From positions 11,395 through 75,394 of the forward strand of contig JBBDJG010000028.1 of the NCBI GenBank assembly GCA_040880005.1: a stretch of 64,000 nt of DNA, written 5' to 3'. Positions 27,442 through 35,678 of this stretch are shown in pieces. The position numbers and the translations under genes are program-made. Position 1 is the first letter of the stretch. Each line of letters starts with the position of its first letter. Source of the DNA: Solirubrobacterales bacterium. GTDB taxonomy: Bacteria > Actinomycetota > Thermoleophilia > Solirubrobacterales > JBBDJG01. Below the pieces are notes generated by a model. It was not told the origin of the DNA, made no database searches, and saw only the letters and a program-made list of their open reading frames with translations.

Positions 27442-29697
27442 ATGAGCGCTGTAGGAACGGACCGGGTCTCCGTCGAGATTGCAGGTACCGAGATCAGCTT
27501 AGAAACAGGCGCGCTCGCCAAGCAGGCCGGCGGAGCGGTGGTAATCACCGCCGGCGAGACGATGGTTCTTTGCACGGCCACCGCCGGGAACCTCAGAGAC
27601 ACAGACTTCCTGCCCTTGACGGTCGACGTGGAGGAGCGCATGTACGCGGCCGGCAAGATTCCCGGTGGCTTCTTCAAGCGTGAGGGGAGGCCTTCGGAGA
27701 AGGGCATCCTCACGGCTCGCATGATCGATCGCCCGGTTCGGCCGCTGTTCCCGAAGGGCTGGCGCTACGACACCCAGATCGTCGCGACGCCGATGTGCAT
27801 CGACCACGTTCATCCCTACGACATCCTCGCGATGAACGGCGCCTCAGCGGCGCTGGCTCTGTCCGACGTGCCCGTATCGGTGCAGGTCGGCGCGGTGCGG
27901 GTCGGCAAGGTCGACGGTAAGTTCATCGTGAACCCCGAAGAGGCCGACATCCCGGGGAGCGAGTTGGATCTGATCGTGGCTGGCACCGACGACGCGATCC
28001 TGATGGTCGAGGCCGGCGCCGACGAGGCGACCGAGGCCGAGATCCTCGACGCGCTCGACATCGCGCACGCCGAGATCAAGAAGCTGTGTCAAGCGCAGTG
28101 CGACCTGGCCGCCAAGGCCGGCAAGCCCAAGCGCGAGCACGACGAGCCGCAGATCGACGAACCGCTACTCGAGCAGATCGTCGCATCGCACGGCAGCACC
28201 CTCGAGCAAGCGACGCAAGTCGAGGACAAGCTCGAGCGCCAGGAGGCCACGAAAGCAGTCGAGGAAGCGGTGCTCGCGCAATACGCGTCCGCCGACGGTG
28301 GCGAACCGGCCGACCCCGAGCGTCGCCGGGATGTGCAGCGGGCGATCGACAAGCTCGAGAAGGACGTCATCCGTAGGCGCATCGCGGTGGACAAGAAGCG
28401 GCCCGACGGCCGTGCGGCAGCGGAGATTCGCGACGTGTCGTGCACGGTCAGCATCGCGCCGCGCACACACGGGTCGGCGGTGTTCACGCGCGGCCAGACA
28501 CAGGCGTTCTCGGTCGCGACGCTCGGCACCAGCCGCGAGGAGCAGCGGCTCGACACGCTGGGCCTCGAGACGTCGAAGCGCTACATGCATCACTACAACT
28601 TCCCGCCGTTCTCGGTCGGTGAGGCCGGCTTCATGCGCGGGCCGAAGCGTCGTGATATCGGTCACGGTGCGCTGGCCGAGCGGGCGCTGCTGCCGATGAT
28701 CCCGTCGGTCGAGGAGTTTCCCTACACGATTCGCGTCGTGTCCGACATCCTCGAGTCGAACGGATCCTCGTCGATGGCGTCGGTCTGTGGGTCGACGCTT
28801 TCGCTGATGGACGCGGGCGTCAAGATCCGCAAGCCGGTGGCAGGGATCGCGATGGGCCTGATCAAAGAGGGGGACGACTACATCATCCTCACGGATATCG
28901 CCGGCGTGGAAGATCATCTCGGTGATATGGACTTCAAGATCGCAGGCACGGAGGAGGGCATCACGGCGCTGCAGATGGACATCAAGATCTCCGGAGTCAC
29001 GTTCGAGATTCTCAAGAACGCGCTCGCGCAGGCACGCGACGCGCGCTTGGGGATCCTTGAGACGATGGCCTCCACGATTTCCGAGACGCGTGCCGAACTG
29101 AGCCCGCACGCGCCGCGAATCACGTCGATCCAGATCGACCCCGAGAAGATCGGCGCAGTGATCGGAAAGGGCGGCGAGACGATTCGCGCGCTGTGCGAAC
29201 AGTACGAGGCGCAGATCGACGTGGACGACGACGGCACCGTGCTCGTTTACGCGATCAACGGCGAGCTGGGCGATGCTTGCATCGAGGAGATCCGTCGCAT
29301 GACCAAGGACGTGGAGGTCGGCGACGAGTTCACCGGCAAGGTCGTGAAGACGACGACCTTCGGAGCGTTCGTGGAGTTGACCAAGGGCACCGACGGGCTT
29401 CTGCACATCTCCAACCTCGTCCCCGGCGGACGGGCGGAGTCGGTCGAGGCCGTCGTCAATCGCGGTGACGAGATCGCGGTGCGCGTCGTCGAGGTCGATC
29501 CTTCGCGTGGGCGTATCGGCCTGCGACTTGCCGACGACCCCGAGGTCGAGGGCAAGACGGCCGAGGAGCTAGCCTCGATCGGCACGGGCAACGGCGGACC
29601 GCCCCGTGGCGGGCGAGACCGCGGTCGTGGCGGCGGCGGGCGCGACCGTGGCGGCCGAGACCGTGGTCGTGGCGGCCCGCGTCGCCGCGACGACTGA
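27442..29697 (+). CDS. pnp: Polyribonucleotide nucleotidyltransferase (PNPase) with an Arg/Gly-rich C-terminal tail
   Basis: Two RNase PH domains, a KH domain (GKGGETIRAL) and an S1 domain (GKVVKTTTFGAFVEL) are present. The tail reads GGPPRGGRDRGRGGGGRDRGGRDRGRGGPRRRDD. Confidence 0.97.
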   Translation: MSAVGTDRVSVEIAGTEISLETGALAKQAGGAVVITAGETMVLCTATAGNLRDTDFLPLTVDVEERMYAAGKIPGGFFKREGRPSEKGILTARMIDRPVRPLFPKGWRYDTQIVATPMCIDHVHPYDILAMNGASAALALSDVPVSVQVGAVRVGKVDGKFIVNPEEADIPGSELDLIVAGTDDAILMVEAGADEATEAEILDALDIAHAEIKKLCQAQCDLAAKAGKPKREHDEPQIDEPLLEQIVASHGSTLEQATQVEDKLERQEATKAVEEAVLAQYASADGGEPADPERRRDVQRAIDKLEKDVIRRRIAVDKKRPDGRAAAEIRDVSCTVSIAPRTHGSAVFTRGQTQAFSVATLGTSREEQRLDTLGLETSKRYMHHYNFPPFSVGEAGFMRGPKRRDIGHGALAERALLPMIPSVEEFPYTIRVVSDILESNGSSSMASVCGSTLSLMDAGVKIRKPVAGIAMGLIKEGDDYIILTDIAGVEDHLGDMDFKIAGTEEGITALQMDIKISGVTFEILKNALAQARDARLGILETMASTISETRAELSPHAPRITSIQIDPEKIGAVIGKGGETIRALCEQYEAQIDVDDDGTVLVYAINGELGDACIEEIRRMTKDVEVGDEFTGKVVKTTTFGAFVELTKGTDGLLHISNLVPGGRAESVEAVVNRGDEIAVRVVEVDPSRGRIGLRLADDPEVEGKTAEELASIGTGNGGPPRGGRDRGRGGGGRDRGGRDRGRGGPRRRDD

Positions 29698-29702
29698 GCG
29701 CG

Positions 29703-30980
29703 GTGGCGCAGGAACACCAGCTCACACAGCTCGATTCGGGCATTCGGGTGGTGACCGAGAAGATCACCTCGGTGCGGTCGGTCGCGCTCGGCTTTTGGGT
29801 ACGCGTCGGATCGCGCGACGAGAGCCCGGCTCAGGCGGGTATCTCCCACTTCCTCGAGCACATGCTGTTCAAGGGAACGCCGGAGTTGAGCGCCGCTCAG
29901 ATCGCTGAGACCTTCGACGGCTTCGGCGCGGAGCTGAACGCGGCAACCAGCAAGGAGACGACCGTCGTTTACGCGCACTTCCTCGACGAGCACCTGGAGC
30001 GCGCCTTCGAGGTCATGTCGGACATGCTGCTGCGCTGCACCTACGCCGATCTGGAGTCCGAGCGCGAGGTCGTGCTGGAGGAGATCGCGATGTACGAGGA
30101 CGAACCCCAGGACAAGGTTCACGACGTGCTATCGACGGCTGTCTTCGGCGACCACCCGCTCGGGCGCCCCGTGATCGGCCGCGGCGAGGTCGTGGGGGCG
30201 CTGACGGTGGACGACGTGTCGAGCTACCACCACACGCGCTACGTGCCCGGATCGGTGGTCGTGGCTGCGGCGGGCAACCTCGAGCACGATCGGATCGTCG
30301 AGTTGGCGCAGCGCTGCCTCGCGATCGACGGTGGCGATGCTGCCGGGAGCCTCAACGGGGGAGTGCCCGGCGTGAGCGCGCGCCGGTCCTTCTACGCCAA
30401 GGACACCGAGCAGTACCACATCTGCCTTGGCGGAATGGGAATCAAGCGCGACGACGATCGCCGCTACGCGCTGGCCCTGCTCGACGCGATCCTGGGTGGA
30501 TCGTCGTCCTCGCGGCTGTTCCAGGAGGTGCGCGAGAAGCGCGGCCTCGCGTACTCGGTCTACTCCTGGGCGAGCCAGTACCTGGACTCGGGGCAGATCG
30601 GCATCTACGTGGGGACGCGCGAGGACACGGTCGCCGAGGCGGTCGCGACGATCGCCACCGAGCTCGAGCGGATCCGCGAGCCGGTGCCGGCGCAGGAACT
30701 CGATCGAGCGCGCGAGCAGGTCAAGGGGAGGATGGCGCTATCGATGGAGTCGACCCGCGCGCGCATGACCAGGCTTGGGTCGAACGTGTTGCTCGGGCTC
30801 CCTCTGTTGTCGCTCGACGAGACCTTCGAACGGGTCGACGCCGTGACCGTCGACGACGTGGTGGCGCTGGCGACCGTGTTTTACGACAGCACGAAGATGT
30901 CGGCCGCTGCGGTGGGCCGGGACGAGGATCGCTTCCGATCGGCACTCGAGCCCATCAGCGCATCGCTGGCGGCGGTCTGA
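29703..30980 (+). CDS. M16-family (pitrilysin/PepR-like) zinc peptidase
   Basis: The inverted zinc motif HFLEHMLFKGT is present, and a gene after pnp is conserved in actinobacteria. Confidence 0.85.
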   Translation: MAQEHQLTQLDSGIRVVTEKITSVRSVALGFWVRVGSRDESPAQAGISHFLEHMLFKGTPELSAAQIAETFDGFGAELNAATSKETTVVYAHFLDEHLERAFEVMSDMLLRCTYADLESEREVVLEEIAMYEDEPQDKVHDVLSTAVFGDHPLGRPVIGRGEVVGALTVDDVSSYHHTRYVPGSVVVAAAGNLEHDRIVELAQRCLAIDGGDAAGSLNGGVPGVSARRSFYAKDTEQYHICLGGMGIKRDDDRRYALALLDAILGGSSSSRLFQEVREKRGLAYSVYSWASQYLDSGQIGIYVGTREDTVAEAVATIATELERIREPVPAQELDRAREQVKGRMALSMESTRARMTRLGSNVLLGLPLLSLDETFERVDAVTVDDVVALATVFYDSTKMSAAAVGRDEDRFRSALEPISASLAAV

Positions 30981-31678
30981 TGGCGGCGGGCACGTCGATC
31001 CGGGTCGTGGTCTCCGGAGCGGCCGGAAAGATGGGCGCGACGGTCTGCGCCGCCGTCGAGGGCGCGGACGACGTGGAGCTGGTCGCACGTGCCGACCCGG
31101 CGCTCGATGTCGATCTGGCAACCGCAATCGCGGACGCCAAGCCGGACGTCGTGGTGGACTTCACGACGCCGGACGTGGTGTTCAACAATGCGCACCTTTG
31201 CCTGAGCAGCGGTGTCCACGCCGTCGTCGGCACCACCGGCCTCACCGCCGAGCAGCTCGCCGAGCTGAAGCAGCTTGCCTCGGGCGGGGATGCCAACTGC
31301 TTCATCGCGCCGAACTTCGCGCTGGGCGCGGTGTTGATGATGCAGGCGGCCAAGCTGGCCGCGTCGCACATGGACGGCGTCGAGATCGTCGAGCTTCACC
31401 ACGATCGCAAGCTCGACGCTCCCTCTGGAACTGCGAAGCGCACCGCCGAGCTGATCGGGCAGGCCGGCGGGCAGGCCGATGCGCCGATCCACTCGGTGCG
31501 GCTACCCGGGCTGGTCGCCCACCAGGAGGTCATATTTGGCGGTCAGGGCGAGACGCTGACGATTCGCCACGACTCGATCTCACGCGAGTCGTTCATGCCG
31601 GGAGTGCTGCTGGCCGTGCGCCGCGTTGCGAGCCTCGACGGCCTCGTCGTCGGGCTGGAGAACCTGCTGAACGATTAG
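30980..31678 (+). CDS. dapB: 4-hydroxy-tetrahydrodipicolinate reductase
   Basis: IRVVVSGAAGKMG (NAD-binding), ELHHDRKLDAPSGTA and the C-terminal region match DapB. Confidence 0.9.
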   Translation: MAAGTSIRVVVSGAAGKMGATVCAAVEGADDVELVARADPALDVDLATAIADAKPDVVVDFTTPDVVFNNAHLCLSSGVHAVVGTTGLTAEQLAELKQLASGGDANCFIAPNFALGAVLMMQAAKLAASHMDGVEIVELHHDRKLDAPSGTAKRTAELIGQAGGQADAPIHSVRLPGLVAHQEVIFGGQGETLTIRHDSISRESFMPGVLLAVRRVASLDGLVVGLENLLND

Positions 31679-31719
31679 TGACGGCGCCGGGCTCCGAGTA
31701 GCGACCTCCTGCTCGTAAG

Positions 31720-32157
31720 TTAGGAGACGTCTGCTTCGTTCTCAGCCTCGAGTCGATCCGCGAACTGTCTCGGCGTTAGAACGGGCGGGTCCGAATCTTG
31801 CAGCTCCGTCAGATGCCGGTCACCCGAGACAACGACGTGGGCGCGACCGGCGCGCGCAAGCGCGAACAGGTAGTCATCGCCGGGGTCCTCCGTGACAACT
31901 GGTCGTTCGGAGGGATCCTCGATAAGCACTGAGCCAGCGGCGAGCGCGGCTATGTAGGCGGCGGCCCGGTCCTCGCTGGCTTGCGCGGCGAACTTCGGTC
32001 GAGTTAGGACCGTGGCGAGTTCCGAGATTAGCAACGGCGAGACAAGAAGTTCGAATGCACCGTTGCGCCAAGCGCGAACGATACGATCGGGTGCCGAGCC
32101 GCGAGGAGAGATGAACGCGGAGATGAGGACGCCTGGATCGACGACGGCTCGCGTCAC
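31720..32157 (-). CDS. PIN-domain toxin (putative toxin-antitoxin system toxin component, PIN family)
   Basis: AVVDPGVLISAFISPRG...LLVSPLLISELATVLTRPKF...EDPGDDYLFALARAGRAHVVVSGDRHL matches the PIN family. A 4-nt overlap links it to the upstream RHH gene. Confidence 0.8.
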   Translation of the reverse strand: MTRAVVDPGVLISAFISPRGSAPDRIVRAWRNGAFELLVSPLLISELATVLTRPKFAAQASEDRAAAYIAALAAGSVLIEDPSERPVVTEDPGDDYLFALARAGRAHVVVSGDRHLTELQDSDPPVLTPRQFADRLEAENEADVS

Positions 32158-32384
32158 CGGCGGCGGCGAGCTGAGTGAAGTTCCTCGTAAGCCAGCTCAA
32201 GCGCCTTTTCCTCGCTTAGCGTGCTGTGTCTCTGAGCTTCATCGAGCGCGGCGATCCCGAGGTAGACCCTGAGGGCGTCCTCGACCACCTCTGAGTCTCG
32301 CTTGTCCGAGCGGGCAGCCCGCACCTTCGCGGCCCGAGCCACTTCAGGGTCGAGGTATACGGTCACTTTGCGTTTCGCAGCCAT
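32154..32384 (-). CDS. Ribbon-helix-helix (CopG-like) antitoxin
   Basis: The 76-aa product begins with a beta-strand (KRKVTVYLDPEVARAAKVRAA) and is translationally coupled to the PIN gene. Confidence 0.75.
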   Translation of the reverse strand: MAAKRKVTVYLDPEVARAAKVRAARSDKRDSEVVEDALRVYLGIAALDEAQRHSTLSEEKALELAYEELHSARRRR

Positions 32385-32390
32385 GGCGAG

Positions 32391-32419
32391 ATCGTACCAG
32401 CATGACGCTATGACGTCAA
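32391..32419 (-). promoter_or_regulatory. Promoter of the RHH-PIN operon, implying a leaderless mRNA
   Basis: On the minus strand: TTGACG (32414-32419), a 17-nt spacer, TACGAT (32391-32396), 6 nt, then ATG (32384). There is no SD. Confidence 0.6.
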
Positions 32420-32426
32420 ACGGTCA

Positions 32427-32455
32427 CTGTGCTCTCCCAACTGAGCTATGCGCCC
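32427..32455 (-). pseudogene. tRNA 5'-half relic (acceptor 5' strand + D-arm only; isotype undetermined)
   Basis: The reverse complement GGGCGCA TA GCTC AGTTGGGA GAGC ACAG is a textbook tRNA 5' end. No anticodon arm, T arm or acceptor 3' strand follows, and the sequence continues into the TA promoter. Confidence 0.65.
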
Positions 32456-32500
32456 TGAGTCTGGCCGCGGCTATCCGACATTTCAGCCTAGGATCACACG

Positions 32501-33079
32501 ATGCTGCGGTCGTCCTTGCGACAGCTTCCCCGGTTGAGACTGTTGGAGTGGAAGCTTGCGATCGTGCTGGCCGCAATCGTGGCGCTCCTCCTCTTTTGGC
32601 TGTTGCCGTGGCCTGTCGCACTGCTCGCCGCTCTTCCGGTCTTCGTGGTCGTCACGCTCATCTTTGTAGTCGCGCTGCTCGTCGTCGAACAGGTTCTCCG
32701 CACGCTCCTTAGCTTGCCGAACCGGCCGGTTGCCGACGACCGGGTCAAAGTCAAAGCGATCATCCAGGGCAAGGTCGCAGCCATGTTTGCCGGGCCATGG
32801 GAGGATCTGGACACCTACGGCGATCAGGAGGAAACTGTCGCTCTGCCGTCCGGCCAAGAGCTTCGCGTCGTCTCAGCGGCATTTTGGGATATGGACGAGT
32901 GGGGTTCGGCCATGTGTATCCAGGTATCCGGGATCATCGGACGGGGGCTGCTGGAGTGGTCCTACGAGGTGTGGAATGAAAGAGGAGATCCCGACGATGA
33001 CATTCCACCCCCGCCTCCAGGCCATCCGATATGGAAAGACCCTTCCTTCTGGCGATTGAACGCCGAATCGGATACGTAG
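32501..33079 (+). CDS. Hypothetical membrane-anchored protein (2-3 N-terminal TM + acidic, Trp-rich, Pro-rich C-terminal domain)
   Basis: 192 aa. I recognise no family. Its codon usage looks less GC3-biased than that of its neighbours. Confidence 0.5.
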   Translation: MLRSSLRQLPRLRLLEWKLAIVLAAIVALLLFWLLPWPVALLAALPVFVVVTLIFVVALLVVEQVLRTLLSLPNRPVADDRVKVKAIIQGKVAAMFAGPWEDLDTYGDQEETVALPSGQELRVVSAAFWDMDEWGSAMCIQVSGIIGRGLLEWSYEVWNERGDPDDDIPPPPPGHPIWKDPSFWRLNAESDT

Positions 33080-33084
33080 CGATC

Positions 33085-33109
33085 GGGCAGAAAAGCGTCG
33101 TTTCTGCCC
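33085..33109. terminator. Stem-loop downstream of the orphan ORF, with no U-tract
   Basis: GGGCAGAAA-AGCGTCG-TTTCTGCCC has a perfect 9-bp stem 6 nt after the stop codon. Confidence 0.4.
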
Positions 33110-33232
33110 GAATCCCGTCGCATCCGATGCAATCCGCGCATATCCGCGCCGACACCGAAACGGCGTGACCCCGCTTCCTGCTCGCTACGAGCGGGTTCGG
33201 CGGGCGCACTTGCTCTCGCTTGTCGAGCTGGG

Positions 33233-33280
33233 GCTCTCCCAACTCGAGCCAACCGGCCTGGACGCTCGAACCTATGCGCC
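33233..33280 (-). repeat. Second, interrupted copy of the same tRNA 5'-half sequence
   Basis: The reverse complement is GGCGCATAG[22 nt]GCTCGAGTTGGGAGAGC, compared with GGGCGCATAGCTCAGTTGGGAGAGC at 32431-32455. It overlaps the amidase stop codon. Confidence 0.5.
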
Positions 33281-34708
33281 TGATACGGAGCCGGTACCGA
33301 CGCCCACCGGCTTGACCCAACCGCCGAAGGCCTGCTCGAGCTTGCTGGCGACCGCAAGCACCTCCATCTCGCGGTCGCGGCGGCCGACGACCTGCACGCC
33401 GATCGGCAGGCCCTCGGGCGAGGTCGCGATCGGAACCGCGGCTGCAGGCACGCCGGTCTGGTTGAAGTGGGTCGAAAAGCTCATCAGCTCGATCATCGGC
33501 ACCTCGGTGCCGTTGACGTCCACGTTGTCGGCGCCGAGCGGGAACGCGGGACACGGCGAGATCGGGGCGATCGCGATCGGGTGCTCCGCCTGCCATGCGG
33601 CGAGTTGGCGCTCGATCTCGCCTTCGAACAGCAATCGGCCGACGTAGCCTCCCAGCGATGTGTCGGCGTTGTCGACCAACGTGTCGAACATCACCTGCAT
33701 CTGAGGTGAAAGCTCGTTGCGCCTGTCGCCTACGAGCGGTGCCAGGCCGGCCGTGATCTCGCCGAGCGCGGCTGCCCTGAACAGCTTACGCGCTTCGACC
33801 TGCAGCGGTGGGCGCTGCTCGACCACGTCGTGGCCGGCGTCGGCCAGCGCGCGGCCGGCCGCCTCGACCGCCTCTCGCACGGCCGGCTCGACATCGTTCA
33901 CGCCGTCCTCCCAGTAAACGGCCACGCGCGCGCCGTCAACGTTGGCCGGGGCGAGCTCGTGCACGCCGCAGTCCGGATCGCGCACCTGATCGGGCCGCGC
34001 AAAGATCGGCAACAGAAGCTCGAGGTCCTCGACGTAGCGCGCCATCGGACCGATCACCGACCACTGCTGGACGGTCATCGGCTGCATGGGCGGAAAGTGT
34101 CCCGTCCGCGGGACGACGAAACGACCCGGCTTGATGCCCACGCATCCGCAGAAGCTGGACGGCACGCGGATCGAGCCGCCGTAGTCGGAGCCGACGCCGA
34201 ACGCGCTCATCCCCGCCACCAGCGCCGCTGCCTCGCCGCCCGAGGATCCGCCCGCGGTGCGGGTGAGATCGTGAGGATTGCCGGTCGCGCCATAGACGGC
34301 GTTGTTGGAGTCGTAGTGCAGCGCGAACTCGGGGATGTTGGTCTTGCCGAGCAGGATCGCGCCGGCCTCGCGCAGGCTGCGCACGACGACGGCATCCTCG
34401 GCAGAGACGTTGCCCTCGAAGATCTTCGACCCATCGTTGCAGGGCATCCCCGCGACTTCGATTGCCTCCTTGGCCGTGAAGGGCACCCCGTGCAGCGGAC
34501 CGGTTGCGTCCCCGCGCTGGACGGCCTGCTCGGCGGCGCGGGCCTCCTCGCGCGCCTGCTCGAAGCGCGGCAGCACGACCGCGTTGATGTCCGGGTCGAG
34601 GGCCTCGATGCGCGCCACGTGGGCGTCGACCAGCTCGACCGGGCTGATTTCGCGCTCTCGCACGGCCCGGGCCATCTGCTTCGCTGATATCTCGGTGATC
34701 TCGCTCAG
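33272..34708 (-). CDS. Amidase-signature (GatA-like) amidase; start uncertain (CTG 34708 after GAGGAG, or ATG 34675)
   Basis: GPLHGVPFTAKEAIEVAGMP...GGSSGGEAAALVAGMSAFGVGSDYGGSIRVPSSFCG is the amidase-signature Ser-Ser-Lys region. The N-terminal ~110 aa of track ORF 33272..35041 are not credible. Confidence 0.85.
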   Translation of the reverse strand: MSEITEISAKQMARAVREREISPVELVDAHVARIEALDPDINAVVLPRFEQAREEARAAEQAVQRGDATGPLHGVPFTAKEAIEVAGMPCNDGSKIFEGNVSAEDAVVVRSLREAGAILLGKTNIPEFALHYDSNNAVYGATGNPHDLTRTAGGSSGGEAAALVAGMSAFGVGSDYGGSIRVPSSFCGCVGIKPGRFVVPRTGHFPPMQPMTVQQWSVIGPMARYVEDLELLLPIFARPDQVRDPDCGVHELAPANVDGARVAVYWEDGVNDVEPAVREAVEAAGRALADAGHDVVEQRPPLQVEARKLFRAAALGEITAGLAPLVGDRRNELSPQMQVMFDTLVDNADTSLGGYVGRLLFEGEIERQLAAWQAEHPIAIAPISPCPAFPLGADNVDVNGTEVPMIELMSFSTHFNQTGVPAAAVPIATSPEGLPIGVQVVGRRDREMEVLAVASKLEQAFGGWVKPVGVGTGSVSGA

Positions 34709-34778
34709 GTCGGCTCCTCTTCGGGTGCGGGGGAGAAAGCTAACCGCATTCCGGATGTGATGGGATAATCGAGCAAGC

Positions 34779-35678
34779 ATGACCACCGACAGCGGCCAGA
34801 TAAGCGGCATCCTCACGGCGATGGTCACCCCCTTCGGCCCCGGCGGGGAGGTCAACGAGGGCTCGCTGCGCCGTCTGGCGCGCCATCTGATCGAGCATGG
34901 ATCGGACGGCCTGGTCGTCGCCGGGACGACGGGAGAGGCCTCCACGTTGGCCGACTCGGAGCACCTGCACACGATCGAGGTCGTGGTCGATGAGGTCGGG
35001 GGCGAGACCACGGTGATCGCCGGAACCGGCTCCAATGACACCGCGCATGCGATCCACCTGACCGAGCGGGCGAGCGCTCTCGGCGTCGATGGCGTTCTGG
35101 TCGTGACGCCCTACTACAACAAGCCGTCTCGCCTCGGCCTGGTGGAGCACTTCACCGCCGTCGCTGCCGCGACCACCAAGCCGGTGGTGCTCTACAACAT
35201 TCCCGGGCGCTGCGTGCTCAACCTCGACCCCGACCTGCTGGCCGAGCTGGGTGAGATCGCCAACGTCGTCGGGGTCAAGCAGGCGAACGCCGACATCGAG
35301 CAGGCGCGTCGCATCGTCGAAGACACCAACCTCGCCCTGATCGCAGGCGATGACAGCTTGTTGCGGCCGTTCGCGGAAATCGGTGGGGCCGGCGGAATAA
35401 CCGTGACCTCGCATCTGTTTGGAGAGCAGATGCACGAGCTGTTCGAGGCCGCACGCGACGGCGATCTCGAGCGCGCGCGTGAGATCGACGAGCAGCTCGC
35501 TGACGCCTTCGAGACGCTGTTCATGACCGCCAGCCCGACCCTGACGAAGGCCGCACTCAACCTGCTCGGCTTCGATGTCGGCGGGCTGCGGCTGCCGCTC
35601 GTGGAGGCAACGGACGACGAGCGCGATACGGTTCGTGCGATGCTCGAGCGACACGGCCTCGCCGTTCAAACCGCATAG
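34779..35678 (+). CDS. dapA: 4-hydroxy-tetrahydrodipicolinate synthase
   Basis: AMVTPF...LVVAGTTGEASTL and YNKP are present, and the Schiff-base Lys is in the expected context. Confidence 0.93.
   Translation: MTTDSGQISGILTAMVTPFGPGGEVNEGSLRRLARHLIEHGSDGLVVAGTTGEASTLADSEHLHTIEVVVDEVGGETTVIAGTGSNDTAHAIHLTERASALGVDGVLVVTPYYNKPSRLGLVEHFTAVAAATTKPVVLYNIPGRCVLNLDPDLLAELGEIANVVGVKQANADIEQARRIVEDTNLALIAGDDSLLRPFAEIGGAGGITVTSHLFGEQMHELFEAARDGDLERAREIDEQLADAFETLFMTASPTLTKAALNLLGFDVGGLRLPLVEATDDERDTVRAMLERHGLAVQTA

Noticed and set aside
33233-33280. Whether the D-arm-like sequences at 32427-32455 or 33233-33280 belong to complete tRNA genes.
   Set aside because: I tried to fold both. Neither has a complementary acceptor 3' strand, a 5-bp anticodon stem with a 7-nt loop, or a GTTCRANNC T-loop in register.
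34709-35041. An ATG at 34780 (minus strand) as the amidase start, giving divergent start codons overlapping dapA by 2 nt.
   Set aside because: That start would leave no promoter space for either gene, and the added residues are not amidase-like. The amidase homology starts near LSEITEISAKQMARAV, so a start at 34708 (CTG after GAGGAG) or 34675 (ATG) is more plausible.
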